A program made the translations under genes and the position numbers. A DNA stretch of 63,477 nt, filler included. It is 5 parts of 5 records of this genome, joined end to end, with 100 filler letters (N's around TTAATTAATTAA, not from the genome) between each part and the next. Parts side by side here need not be neighbours in the genome. Positions count along the whole stretch, not along the records: positions 42,644 to 56,994 come from DRR723986_5226; positions 57,095 to 63,477 come from DRR723986_5257; 3 more parts are not named here. The stretch is one strand, 5' to 3'. The notes under the pieces are model-generated. The model did no database searches. It saw nothing but the letters and a program-made list of their open reading frames with translations, and was not told the DNA's origin. How positions within the stretch are numbered: the stretch's first letter is position 1; each line of letters opens with the position of its first letter. Shown in pieces: positions 47,555-57,163 of this stretch.

Positions 47555-47986
47555 ATGACTATTGAACAGACAATCGAACTTGAAGCACCAACATCTAAAG
47601 TGTACGCCGCCTGGACTGTTGAGGAAGAGATGCAGGGCTGGTGGTGTAAAAATCCAAGCCTGGGACAGTCGGTTGGTGATCTGAACGATTTGAACTTTGT
47701 CAAGGAAGGTCAGCCGGTTAACATGAAGTTCCGCATTGAGGCGCTCGAACCAAAAGAGCATATCAGATGGACCTGCACCGAAAACAGTATGGCTCCCTGG
47801 GTCGGCACAACGATTGACATCAGCCTCACAGCCAAGGGCGAATCATCAACGCTCACACTTAAACACAGCGGTTGGGACACGGAAACATATGGGCCGGAAC
47901 TGGTCGACAATGTGCGCGGTGGCTGGGGGCATTTCCTGCAGAGCCTGAGCGACTTCTGCAAAAGTGGCGTCGGCGCGGCGATTTAA
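47555..47986 (+). CDS. SRPBCC/AHSA1 (START-like) domain protein
   Basis: IELEAPTSKVYAAWT, WVGT, LTLKHSGW, GWGHFLQSL. Confidence 0.88.
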   Translation: MTIEQTIELEAPTSKVYAAWTVEEEMQGWWCKNPSLGQSVGDLNDLNFVKEGQPVNMKFRIEALEPKEHIRWTCTENSMAPWVGTTIDISLTAKGESSTLTLKHSGWDTETYGPELVDNVRGGWGHFLQSLSDFCKSGVGAAI

Positions 47987-48011
47987 ATCGGTAGGTGGCG
48001 CGCCGGCGGGC

Positions 48012-49355
48012 TCATCGCCCGGGAAGCGACGACTCGTCGTGCGCCGCCTTCTTTTGTTCCACCTGCTTCAGGCGTTTGTCGATAAACCGCCGCTCCTGTG
48101 CTGAGAGCGTCAGGCGCCGCGCACGCCGCAGGTAAAATTCGGCGCGTTCAAACTCAGAGACTTTGAGATTAAAAATACCCTGCGTCACCGCCAGCAGATA
48201 ATAGTCGTCGAGGCGGCCGGCCGCTTCAATTTTGTCCAGTTGTTTAAGTGCCGCGGCATAACTCTGCGTGCGGCTGCTGACGATTGCGCGGTTTAAGTCG
48301 ATAATCGGATTGGGTTTGATTTTGGCGAGCAGCGCGTATTGCCGCTCGATACTGCTCCAGTTGGTTTCTGCAAAACTGGGCGCCAGGCAGTGTTCAGCCG
48401 CAATTCCCGCCTCCAGATGCCAGGCGCTCAGCGTCGAGCCCGCGCGCGACCTGCTCAGATGCAGCATGCCGGCGGCAATTAATTCCATATTCCAGAGCGA
48501 GCGGTCCTGCTCCTCAAAAATCACAATCGCACCTTCATTGTCCAGGCGTGCATCAAAGCGCGCAGCGTGCAGACACATCAGAGCCAGGAGCGCATGCAGC
48601 GCGGCAACATCGGCAAACTGGTCCAGGAGCAGACGGCACAGGCGCATTGCCTCGGCGCACATGTCACGCCGGATAATGCTGTCGGCATGGCCCGAAGAGT
48701 ATCCTTCGTTAAACATCAGATACAGAGTTAAACACACGGCGGCAAGCCGGTCGTCCAGCTCCGCGCCAGACGGTATCTCAAACTCAGGCGCATGTTCACG
48801 TAGGGTTTTGCGCGCGCGGTACAGGCGTTTGTTAATTAAACTCTGATTGCTCAACAGCGCCGAAGCAACTTCGCGCACACCAAAACCGCAGAGTGTCTTA
48901 AGTGTCAGCGCAATTTGTGATGTTAAACTCAGCGACGGGTGGCAGCAGGTAAAAATCATGCGCAATTGGCTGTCGCGAATCTCATCTTCCAGGAACACGG
49001 CTTCAATCTCTGCGCCGAGCGGCTGCGTGTGAGCCAGCGCGTGGGCCAGCCCGTCATTGTGGCGCTGCGCCGTCCGCCGCCGGTTAATCTCATTTATCGC
49101 CTTGTTTTTGGCAACCTGCATCAGCCAGGCGGCGGGTTTCTCGGGAATCTCTCCCACACTCCACGCGTCGAGTGCAGCGATCAGGGTATCCTGCACGATA
49201 TCCTCGGCCAGCTCAATCTGCGCCGGACCAAAATAGCGCGTCAGCGCAGCGGTAAGGCGTCCGGCTTCATGCCGGAAGCAGTGTGCCACAAGGTCACCGA
49301 CATTCGAGCTTTTGGCAGGCTCCGTCGATTTATTGTTAACAAACTCCTGACTCAA
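48012..49355 (-). CDS. ECF sigma factor with C-terminal TPR-like extension (ECF42-like)
   Basis: AEDIVQD, WLMQVAKN, LRMIFTCCHP, LYLMFNEGY, EEQDRSLW, LNRA. Downstream of a DGPF protein. Confidence 0.9.
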   Translation of the reverse strand: MSQEFVNNKSTEPAKSSNVGDLVAHCFRHEAGRLTAALTRYFGPAQIELAEDIVQDTLIAALDAWSVGEIPEKPAAWLMQVAKNKAINEINRRRTAQRHNDGLAHALAHTQPLGAEIEAVFLEDEIRDSQLRMIFTCCHPSLSLTSQIALTLKTLCGFGVREVASALLSNQSLINKRLYRARKTLREHAPEFEIPSGAELDDRLAAVCLTLYLMFNEGYSSGHADSIIRRDMCAEAMRLCRLLLDQFADVAALHALLALMCLHAARFDARLDNEGAIVIFEEQDRSLWNMELIAAGMLHLSRSRAGSTLSAWHLEAGIAAEHCLAPSFAETNWSSIERQYALLAKIKPNPIIDLNRAIVSSRTQSYAAALKQLDKIEAAGRLDDYYLLAVTQGIFNLKVSEFERAEFYLRRARRLTLSAQERRFIDKRLKQVEQKKAAHDESSLPGR

Positions 49356-49366
49356 TGTCTTGGTCC

Positions 49367-49711
49367 TTAATTCAGGGGATGCATCAGCGGTTGCACAAGC
49401 GGCCGCACTTCAATTCTGTACCACGGCAGTTGTGGCGCGCGTTTAGCCAGCTCCGTCGCGTGCTCCATATCGCGCGCACGTATTAACATAAATCCCGCCA
49501 CCAGCTCTTTCGGCTCCAGGAACGGCCCGTCGGTCACCACCGCATAATTTTCGTCTACCATCTGCCCCTCATTCTCCAGCTTTTGCCCGGTCAGATACTG
49601 CTCACCCAGGTCATCCACCCAGTTGCGGTATTTCTCCAGCATCAACTGCATGTCGTCCGGTGACATATTTTCCATGCCATTTCCGCGAATAATCAACAAA
49701 AACTCTCGCAT
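49367..49711 (-). CDS. YciI/DGPF family protein
   Basis: VTDGPFLEPKELVAGF, IEVRP. Confidence 0.9.
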   Translation of the reverse strand: MREFLLIIRGNGMENMSPDDMQLMLEKYRNWVDDLGEQYLTGQKLENEGQMVDENYAVVTDGPFLEPKELVAGFMLIRARDMEHATELAKRAPQLPWYRIEVRPLVQPLMHPLN

Positions 49712-50213
49712 CAAATTCCCCTGCCGTTTAATAATCGCAAATCAATATGTTAATTCTCTTTCGCAGCCTGACCGCCGTTGCGTTCGTCGCTCAATGTTCC
49801 ACATTGGCTTGTCCGCCGGCTTTCTGACAATATTGTTAGTTGGTGGGAGCAAAACCACCATCCACCGCGCCTGGCACGCTGCGCTGCAGCCGGCAATTGT
49901 CGCATCAAAAGTAACGACAGCCGGGCAGCCGCAAATTGGACATGCTGATCCAAGCGCGCCAGTAAAATATCCTTCCAATTTCAAACTACAGCAGGTAAAG
50001 TGTAAATTGCAACGCCCCTTGTGTTGCTTCAGCGCTTAGCCCCCAAAGTCGGCACACACCAAGGTATAGAATAAACGTCGAGCGCCGTTGACGGCCGCAA
50101 CACTTCATTCAGCAATATTCTATTCCCATTTCAGCAGCCAGTTCCTGGACCAAGGCCACATTCACTAAACCGCGATTTTTGCACGACTCAAGCGATGGGA
50201 TCAAACAAAATCT

Positions 50214-51074
50214 ATGTGGTACAAATTTTTTGGCGCGCTGCTTCTACTTGGAGCCGCGGCGTGTAACGGCCGGACCGAAGTACTTGATAACGGGCAGAAT
50301 GACGACATCCGCACCGCCCAAGCGATCCACTTTCAGGTCATGATGCAGCATATGCAGGCCTTCCATGAACACTTTGGGCGCGGCGTAGAAAACCAGGAGA
50401 CTTACGGCCACAGTGTTGTATTGCAGGTCGAAATGGCCAAAGCCAAGTCCGGCACTTGGCATACCGACTATTCAGCCGAAGCCAAAACCGACTTCAAACG
50501 CACAGTCGTTGAATGTGATCAATACATCATTGCCGACTTTGATATAACCGATCCGGCCAATGCAGCCGTTAACACCGGTGGTGAATTACGCACCGCTGTA
50601 TCAGGCGAACAAATAATCCCGCAGGATACGGGTTTACAACGTTGGTTTTGTTCAGGCAATGCAAACATTGGCATTGAAGCATTCGACACTCTGGTACCCG
50701 CTTTACTCCACATGAACTACTCCGTGCATGCCGCCCCAGCGCCGGAAGATGCAAATTATAGTAAAGTGATTGACATCGATGCCAACACAAAAATCACCTG
50801 GGATGTCAGCGGCCACGATTCAGGTGAAATCGCAATCATACTCTACGATGTCAGTCAGTCTGGATTCCCAGAAACTGAGATGCCCAATACGTTCATAATG
50901 ACAGCAGACGATGGTGAATACATTCTGACACCCCAAAGTTTGCGGCAATTCAGAGCCGGCCAGACAGTTTCAATCACGCTACATCGCAGCCGAATGTCCT
51001 GGAGCGCCAAAGCACAGTGCTTCTATATTTTATCGGACGGCATTTCGGAGTTTGGTGACTATCTTTTGCAGTAA
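50214..51074 (+). CDS. Hypothetical lipoprotein, paralogue A
   Basis: Lipobox LGAAAC; shares blocks with 51160-52023. Confidence 0.75.
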   Translation: MWYKFFGALLLLGAAACNGRTEVLDNGQNDDIRTAQAIHFQVMMQHMQAFHEHFGRGVENQETYGHSVVLQVEMAKAKSGTWHTDYSAEAKTDFKRTVVECDQYIIADFDITDPANAAVNTGGELRTAVSGEQIIPQDTGLQRWFCSGNANIGIEAFDTLVPALLHMNYSVHAAPAPEDANYSKVIDIDANTKITWDVSGHDSGEIAIILYDVSQSGFPETEMPNTFIMTADDGEYILTPQSLRQFRAGQTVSITLHRSRMSWSAKAQCFYILSDGISEFGDYLLQ

Positions 51075-51159
51075 AGCGTCACATCACAGGAGCTACAAGC
51101 CTACGGTCTCCTGCCACAACTCACTACCCTAACCCCATAACCATCTGAGTCAACTACAC

Positions 51160-52023
51160 ATGGCAAAAATTACACTAAGTCTGATCAGTGCACTTTTGCT
51201 TCTGAATTCATGTACAGACAAATCTTCCAATGCAGAAATTGAACAGGTCGATGGTTTTGGCACCATACATGCGGCATCCGTGGAGGCCTTATCACACCTT
51301 ACTGCGGCGACCCAAGAACAGGCCAAGTCAGAGATCGCTTTCTTTGACAGCCCCAAAAACATCGTCAGAATGAAAGCCGACAGGTTGCAAATACGACAAA
51401 ATACCTACTACGAGTCAATCGAAGCTCAAGCCACTAGTGGATTCGGCAGACGTCCTGTTGAGTGCGAGGAGTATGTCGTGGCCGGCTATGACCTGACCGA
51501 CACAGCCAATCAGGCAAGAGTTAACCAGGGAATCTACACCAAACACTTGACCGACGAAGACGTACAACGCAGCCACATAGGCATGCAAAACTGGAAATGC
51601 TCAGGTTACGCCGAATTTGGAATTCCGCCGCTGGATACAAACATGGCAGCTCTGCCAAATCTCAACGTGGTCTGGGCCACCGGGTCAAAAGATTCCGAAG
51701 GAAAAGCGGAGTATATCTTAAAGCCGGACGATACATATACCTTTAGCTGGGACACTTCAAACGGAGTCACTGAGCGCGTCGCCATCATTTTGTTTGACAT
51801 GGAGCAGAGCATGATAGGCGAACAGGAAAAACCCTACAGTTACATTTTAACGCCGGACGACGGAGAAATCAGCCTGACTTCTGAAAACCTGCAGCAGTTT
51901 GAATCGGGACAAAAAATAGCGATTGCTTTTATCCGAACAAGAATGATCTGGACGGTCCGTGCAGAAAACATCTATCACTTGGCCGGCAGTGTTCTGGAAG
52001 AAGCGAACTATCTGGTTCAGTAA
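51160..52023 (+). CDS. Hypothetical lipoprotein, paralogue B
   Basis: Lipobox LLNSC; shares blocks with 50214-51074. Confidence 0.75.
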   Translation: MAKITLSLISALLLLNSCTDKSSNAEIEQVDGFGTIHAASVEALSHLTAATQEQAKSEIAFFDSPKNIVRMKADRLQIRQNTYYESIEAQATSGFGRRPVECEEYVVAGYDLTDTANQARVNQGIYTKHLTDEDVQRSHIGMQNWKCSGYAEFGIPPLDTNMAALPNLNVVWATGSKDSEGKAEYILKPDDTYTFSWDTSNGVTERVAIILFDMEQSMIGEQEKPYSYILTPDDGEISLTSENLQQFESGQKIAIAFIRTRMIWTVRAENIYHLAGSVLEEANYLVQ

Positions 52024-52091
52024 GCTGGATTAATCGCGGGCCAGGCAATCGCTTTACCCTTCTCCGGAAGAAATTTTTAGCCAAAAAATGG

Positions 52092-52137
52092 AAAAGCCGC
52101 ACCGGTTTGAAGTACAAACCTGGTGCGGCAATTTTTT
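52092..52137 (+). terminator. Intrinsic (possibly bidirectional) terminator
   Basis: GCCGCACCGGTTTG-AAGTA-CAAACCTGGTGCGGC flanked by A- and T-runs. Confidence 0.75.
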
Positions 52138-52532
52138 GGACCCACGATAATGGTGGATTCAATTTTCCGTATTTAGTGTTAATCGGTAAAATTGATCACG
52201 GTAACCCATGATCGATATGTTTGAACCATGGAATCACCTCCTCTGAACTTGTTAAACAAAACCTGATTGGCTGGTTAACACTCTAAAGTGTTCCATTCCC
52301 GTTTGTGTTAGATACCATAAACACACCACCTCCTTCAAGTTTTGTGAAAGAAAACGCCGATATGATCAACCGGCGACTCCAGAATACCTCTACCGTGATA
52401 GAAGCGCTGACCCAAAATGAACATTTACTTGGTAAATGTCAAATAGAATTTTGCACAAACGAACTTTTGCATAATTCAACCCCAAAAATTCGTCCCTCTA
52501 AGCAGTGAATTATCTGACTGCTTAATAGGGCA

Positions 52533-53201
52533 TCATCCCCTCAACGCCGCCAGTAAAAAGTCGCGAACCGGCGCTGAGTCTCGGTAGTACGCCATAAGGT
52601 CCTCAGCAAGATCATCAGATGTTATCATCGCCGGATCCGGATTAACAGAATAATAAAATGCTTTGTTAAACAACAGCGGCTGCCCGGCGGCCGCTTCGCG
52701 AAACTCTTTCGGCAAGATTTTATTGCGGTCACCGCGAATCTCACCCCAGCGTTTAACAAATGCAGCTTCATTGACAGCCGTATCAAACTCTTCGGCATGT
52801 TCAACTATGTAGCGGCGCACCTTAAGCAAATTGTCCTTGTCCAGCTGATATGCGCCGCCGGCAAGCATCACCTGGTCCCCGCCAAACTGAAAATACAATC
52901 CCGGATGTGCGTGGTCGCGCCGTCCCTTTGGTGATATCACGGCCGCCATATGCAGCTTGTACGGCGATTTGTCGGCCGAAAAACGTATGTCACGGTTAAT
53001 TCTGAAAATCGCATCTTTAGGCGCTATGTTAATCAACTCATCTTCTATGCGCATGCGCATAATCATTTCATCAACAAAAGCGTTAAACGGTTTTTTGACA
53101 GCTTTTTCATAACGCGATTTGTTTGCATGAAACCAGTCGCGTTCATTATTGGCTTCCAGCTCGCGGAAAAACTGCTGGAAGTCTGCGCTGAAATAGGACA
53201 T
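52533..53201 (-). CDS. DUF2461 family protein
   Basis: FFRELEANNERDWFHANKSRYE, IFRINRDIRFSADKSPYK. Confidence 0.9.
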   Translation of the reverse strand: MSYFSADFQQFFRELEANNERDWFHANKSRYEKAVKKPFNAFVDEMIMRMRIEDELINIAPKDAIFRINRDIRFSADKSPYKLHMAAVISPKGRRDHAHPGLYFQFGGDQVMLAGGAYQLDKDNLLKVRRYIVEHAEEFDTAVNEAAFVKRWGEIRGDRNKILPKEFREAAAGQPLLFNKAFYYSVNPDPAMITSDDLAEDLMAYYRDSAPVRDFLLAALRG

Positions 53202-53297
53202 GTATCGTTCTCCAGAAAACTTGATCGCTCACAACCAACCACACATGCAGTGTTTGGCAAAATTGGCGCTACAGTACCAACAGTCGTTTGGCAACGG

Positions 53298-53612
53298 TCA
53301 AAGTGGATGAATAACGTGAATGGCGACGCCCTGCACCTGAAAGTCGTCCTGCTCGGTGATTTCAATCAGATCGTAACGGGCGTTCTCAGGCTTGAGCCAG
53401 GCGCGGCCGCCACGTTCAATCAGGCGCTTCACGGTAAGCTCACCATTGAGGAGGGCAATTACTACATCGTTGTGCCGCGCCTGCAAGGCACGGTCAACTA
53501 TCAGGATATCACCTTCCAGGATACCTGCATCACACATTGAATCCCCCACCACGCGCACAAAAAACGTCGCATCGGGATGGAGAATCAGATCTTTATTTAG
53601 ATCAAGGGCCAC
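53298..53612 (-). CDS. umuD: UmuD/S24 peptidase domain lacking the N-terminal arm (UmuD'-like or pseudogene)
   Basis: LDLN, TFFVRVVGDSM (Ser), GDILIVDR, TVKRL (Lys), LKPEN. In-frame TAA just upstream, no AGFPSP. GTG 53612 or TTG 53624. Confidence 0.75.
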   Translation of the reverse strand: MALDLNKDLILHPDATFFVRVVGDSMCDAGILEGDILIVDRALQARHNDVVIALLNGELTVKRLIERGGRAWLKPENARYDLIEITEQDDFQVQGVAIHVIHPL

Positions 53613-53990
53613 CGCTACACTCAATTATACTGCATGAAACCGCGCCGCTTCAACCTCCCGAAGCACTACGCGGTGCGCCAAATATATGAATGCTTTGCCG
53701 GAAGTCACGCTTTCGGCTCAGAGCATTTCCACTACCAGTCAATAATATTCCAGTGATCCAGGCATTTTGCGCTTGTCAAATATCTCAAAAGAGATTATAT
53801 TGCAGCTGTATTTTCCCCCGTTATCCCGGCTTTCCCAGCCGAACCGATTTGGGATTCTACAGTCCGAGCTATCTAAAACAGCCTGCGAATAGAAGCCTTA
53901 AGCCTGGTTGAGCCCTACCTTGACCACGCTTGCCGGCTCCTCAGCGCATGCGCAAAACCACAATTATCTCTATAGAAATAAGCCAAAGCT

Positions 53991-54623
53991 ATGCCACGCG
54001 CCATCGTTGTTGATCCTGATCCAATTTTGCGAAATGGACTGAAGTATTTTCTAACTATTGCTCTAAACTTTGAAGTCATTGAGGCCGATGCATTCCCGCG
54101 CCTGCTGGATTTGCTGCGCCGCGAAAAATTTGACCTGGTTGTAGTTGACCACAGCGCCATTGAGCAACAGCTCTTTCAAGAAATCGCGGCGCTGCGCCGT
54201 GAGTTCCCAGACATACCCCTAGTTTTTCTTGGCCCCAAAACTGAATACCATCAGTCGGTGCGTGCATTCAAATCCGGTGTTAATGCCTACCTGAGTGCCG
54301 GCGCCGATCCGGAAGACCTGGCCGACGCAATAGCCAAAGTCCTGCGCGGTCAGACCTACCTGGACCGCCGCCTGACCAATGCTTTTGTTGATACCCTGCG
54401 CGATGGCGGCGACAAACTGCCACATGAACGCCTGACGCCGCGCGAGTATGATATATTCATTCAGGTCGCGCTTGGCTACGGCCTGCGTGAAATCGCCACA
54501 AAATTGAATGTAAGTGTTAAAACCATCAGCACTCACAAGCGCAACATCGGCCGCAAAACAGGGCTGAGCACGGCCGCCTCAATCGTCCTGTATGCCGTGC
54601 AGCACAAACTCATAGACCCCTGA
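53991..54623 (+). CDS. NarL/FixJ-family response regulator with degenerate receiver
   Basis: LuxR HTH LTPREYDI...IATKLNVSVKTISTHKRNI. The receiver keeps VVVD but lacks the usual Thr/Ser and Lys. Confidence 0.85.
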   Translation: MPRAIVVDPDPILRNGLKYFLTIALNFEVIEADAFPRLLDLLRREKFDLVVVDHSAIEQQLFQEIAALRREFPDIPLVFLGPKTEYHQSVRAFKSGVNAYLSAGADPEDLADAIAKVLRGQTYLDRRLTNAFVDTLRDGGDKLPHERLTPREYDIFIQVALGYGLREIATKLNVSVKTISTHKRNIGRKTGLSTAASIVLYAVQHKLIDP

Positions 54624-54830
54624 ACACGTCACCTGACTTTGGAAGACATGCAGTCTTCAGTCCCTGCCGATCCAACAGTGGAACTTTGCAGACTGCATTC
54701 CGGTTTGTTCGTCGAGCCTCATGTAACGCTGGCGGTTCCCGCCACGCTTTCGGCGCATTGAACGCAGTGTTTCGGAAATTCGTAGATTGAGCGTTTTTTA
54801 GACTGTTGTACGCCATACATTACAGGAATT

Positions 54831-55163
54831 ATGAAGACATACTACAACCCCGAAGACCTTGCCAAATTCGGACAGATTGGTGAATTCCAGGAACCTCTGG
54901 CTAAGAAGTTCTTCAGTTATTATGGTGAAGTATTTGCCGAGGGCGCACTCTCCCAGCGCGAAAAGTCTCTGATTGCACTCGCGGTTGCACATGCAATCCA
55001 ATGTCCGTACTGCATCGACGCCTATACTACCGACTCTCTCGAAAAAGGCTCCAACGAAGAACAAATGATGGAAGCAGTCCATGTAGCTGCAGCCATCCGT
55101 GGCGGTGCCTCGCTGGTCCATGCAGTCCAGATGATTAATAAAAGCAATGACCTCAGCATGTAA
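54831..55163 (+). CDS. AhpD/CMD-like protein of the type associated with ArsS radical SAM
   Basis: GALSQREKSLIALAVAHAIQCPYCIDAY, AIRGGASLVH. Directly upstream of arsS. Confidence 0.88.
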   Translation: MKTYYNPEDLAKFGQIGEFQEPLAKKFFSYYGEVFAEGALSQREKSLIALAVAHAIQCPYCIDAYTTDSLEKGSNEEQMMEAVHVAAAIRGGASLVHAVQMINKSNDLSM

Positions 55164-55299
55164 ACAGCCGGATTATGCCCCGGTCTGATTTGTGTTGCGC
55201 CTGAATCTGTTGTTGTTTCCGGGATAAATGTCTGCAGGCATGCACATCTCCTCTAAAAGATAATCTGCTGTACAAGGCCTGATCTGAACAAAGGTTGAA

Positions 55300-56379
55300 A
55301 TGAGCGAACGAACAAAAAAATCGGCACCTATAAAATCTATGGAAAGCCGCGGCAGCGAGTTTGCCGATACTGCGGCCCAGCTTGCCGTGCTTAATAATCA
55401 CCGTGATCGGATTACAGCCTTACCCAAATTTGGCTCCAAACTGAAAGATGCAGGCCTCTGGCCGCTGCGCCCTACTGAAATCGACATTCTGCAAATGAAC
55501 GTCGGCTACATGTGCAATCAAACGTGTAAACACTGTCATGTGGATGCAGGACCGGACCGCACAGAGATCATGACAGTCGAAACCATGGAGCACTGCCTCA
55601 ATGCCATTCGTGGCGGCGGCATCAAAACCATCGATTTAACCGGTGGCGCGCCGGAAATGAACCCCAATTTTCGCTGGTTAGTAGAACAGGCGGCGCCCCA
55701 CGTCGAAAATATTATCGTGCGCTGTAATCTGACGATTATCAACGCCAACCCGAAGTATTACGATCTGCCGCAGTTTTTTGCAGAACACCGGATAAATGTC
55801 GTTTCTTCGCTGCCCTACTACAACAAACGCAATACCGACCGCCAGCGCGGTGACGGTGTCTTTGACAGTTCTATTAAGGCGCTGCTGGCGCTCAACGCCG
55901 CCGGATATGCCAAGGAAGGTAGCGGTCTGAAGCTGGACCTGGTCTACAACCCTGTCGGTGCTTTTCTACCCGCGCCGCAAAAGGCTCTCGAAGCCGACTA
56001 CAAACGCGAGTTAAAAAAGCTGTTTAACGTGGAATTTAACTCGCTCTTCACAATCACTAACTTGCCCATCGCGCGTTACCTCGAATATTTGATAGCCAGC
56101 GGCAATTACGAAGCCTATATGGAAAAGCTGGTTAACGCATTTAATCCCGTTGCTGCAGGCGCAGTCATGTGCCGCAACACCATTTCGGTTGGCTGGGATG
56201 GACGCATGTTTGACTGTGACTTTAACCAAATGCTGGAACTCGAAGTTGGTGGCGGCGCACCGACGCATATCCGCGACTTTGACCGCCAGGCGCTTAGCGA
56301 CCGGGCGATTATTGTTAATCAGCATTGTTATGGCTGCACGGCCGGTGCCGGTTCCAGTTGCGGCGGTGAAATCGCCTAA
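55300..56379 (+). CDS. arsS: Radical SAM protein ArsS family (arsenosugar biosynthesis; DUF3641 C-terminus)
   Basis: CNQTCKHCHVDAGP, DLTGGAPE, DCDFNQM, HCYGCTAGAGSSCGG. Confidence 0.9.
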   Translation: MSERTKKSAPIKSMESRGSEFADTAAQLAVLNNHRDRITALPKFGSKLKDAGLWPLRPTEIDILQMNVGYMCNQTCKHCHVDAGPDRTEIMTVETMEHCLNAIRGGGIKTIDLTGGAPEMNPNFRWLVEQAAPHVENIIVRCNLTIINANPKYYDLPQFFAEHRINVVSSLPYYNKRNTDRQRGDGVFDSSIKALLALNAAGYAKEGSGLKLDLVYNPVGAFLPAPQKALEADYKRELKKLFNVEFNSLFTITNLPIARYLEYLIASGNYEAYMEKLVNAFNPVAAGAVMCRNTISVGWDGRMFDCDFNQMLELEVGGGAPTHIRDFDRQALSDRAIIVNQHCYGCTAGAGSSCGGEIA

Positions 56380-56409
56380 ATTCGCTTTGGTCTTCGAGCT
56401 CTAAAAGTC

Positions 56410-56454
56410 AAACCGTCAGTACAGTGAAAAATCAACTGCACTGACGGTTTTTTT
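56410..56454 (+). terminator. Intrinsic terminator after arsS
   Basis: AAACCGTCAGT...ACTGACGGTTT followed by a T-run. Confidence 0.85.
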
Positions 56455-56994
56455 GTGGATCTAAGTCCGTTCCCAGAGCGCTTTGAGCCCCTTCATTACA
56501 TTCGGTTCTCAGGCTTGTTGAGTTTTTTGTTTTGCACCGATTCGCCGGCCGCCAGACTTCGCACCTGTCACTCACCCGGAAGTAGTTAAGTCTTCCAGTC
56601 ACCATCTCAAACAGCTGAACCGACAGGTAGTGTCTTACTGAGTCACTTCAGAATGTTGCCCCGCTGTCTGACGCATCTGCTCTCCACGTTTGCCTGCCAG
56701 TTTTTTGCGACAGTTAAACAGCTTTAGTGGCCGTTCAACAACGAATCCGGTCACTTCAACACGGTGGCTCTGGTTTGCCGATCAATAGTCTTTTATGTTG
56801 CATCTGTTAATTCTCCGGAGGATTAACCGCGAACTCAGAACCGGGCAAAAGCTAACGACCTGGTATTTTTTTGGCGTTTACTCTGCTGCGGGCAGCAGGC
56901 TCCCGCGCCGCAAAATTTTAACCCGAACATGCGGGCAAGGAGAGGTGTGTAGTTTTCTGAAAAAGTATGGTCATGGCCTTCTGGTGGCGGTGGC

Positions 56995-57094
56995 NNNNNN
57001 NNNNNNNNNNNNNNNNNNNNNNNNNNNNNNNNNNNNNNTTAATTAATTAANNNNNNNNNNNNNNNNNNNNNNNNNNNNNNNNNNNNNNNNNNNN
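56995..57094. other. Artificial contig linker
   Basis: N44-TTAATTAATTAA-N44. Confidence 0.99.
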
Positions 57095-57163
57095 CATGGC
57101 GGTGCCCTCTGCCTCGGGCATGGCAGTGCCGTCTGCCTCGGGCATGGCGGTGCCATCGGCCAG
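57095..57163 (+). repeat. 24-bp coding tandem repeat (MAVPSASG x3) at the contig edge
   Basis: CATGGCGGTGCCCTCTGCCTCGGG / CATGGCAGTGCCGTCTGCCTCGGG / CATGGCGGTGCCATCGGCCAG. Confidence 0.85.

Noticed and set aside
48012-49711. ECF sigma with long C-terminal extension next to a DGPF protein, as a novel system
   Set aside because: This is the established ECF42-DGPF arrangement.
52140-52530. AT-rich spacer with a 67-aa ORF (possible peptide precursor)
   Set aside because: No RBS, leader motif or modifying enzymes nearby.
53828-53840. GFPS-coding sequence as an inverted missing UmuD N-terminus
   Set aside because: It is only four residues on the opposite strand, the flanks (RYP, RTD) do not match UmuD, and I saw no inversion repeats.
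56320-56379. Selenocysteine in ArsS
   Set aside because: The relevant codons are TGT/TGC, and the ORF ends at TAA with no in-frame TGA.
56460-56994. Long non-coding stretch, possible cobalamin riboswitch
   Set aside because: I could not find B12-box or other conserved aptamer elements on either strand, and the downstream gene is off-contig.
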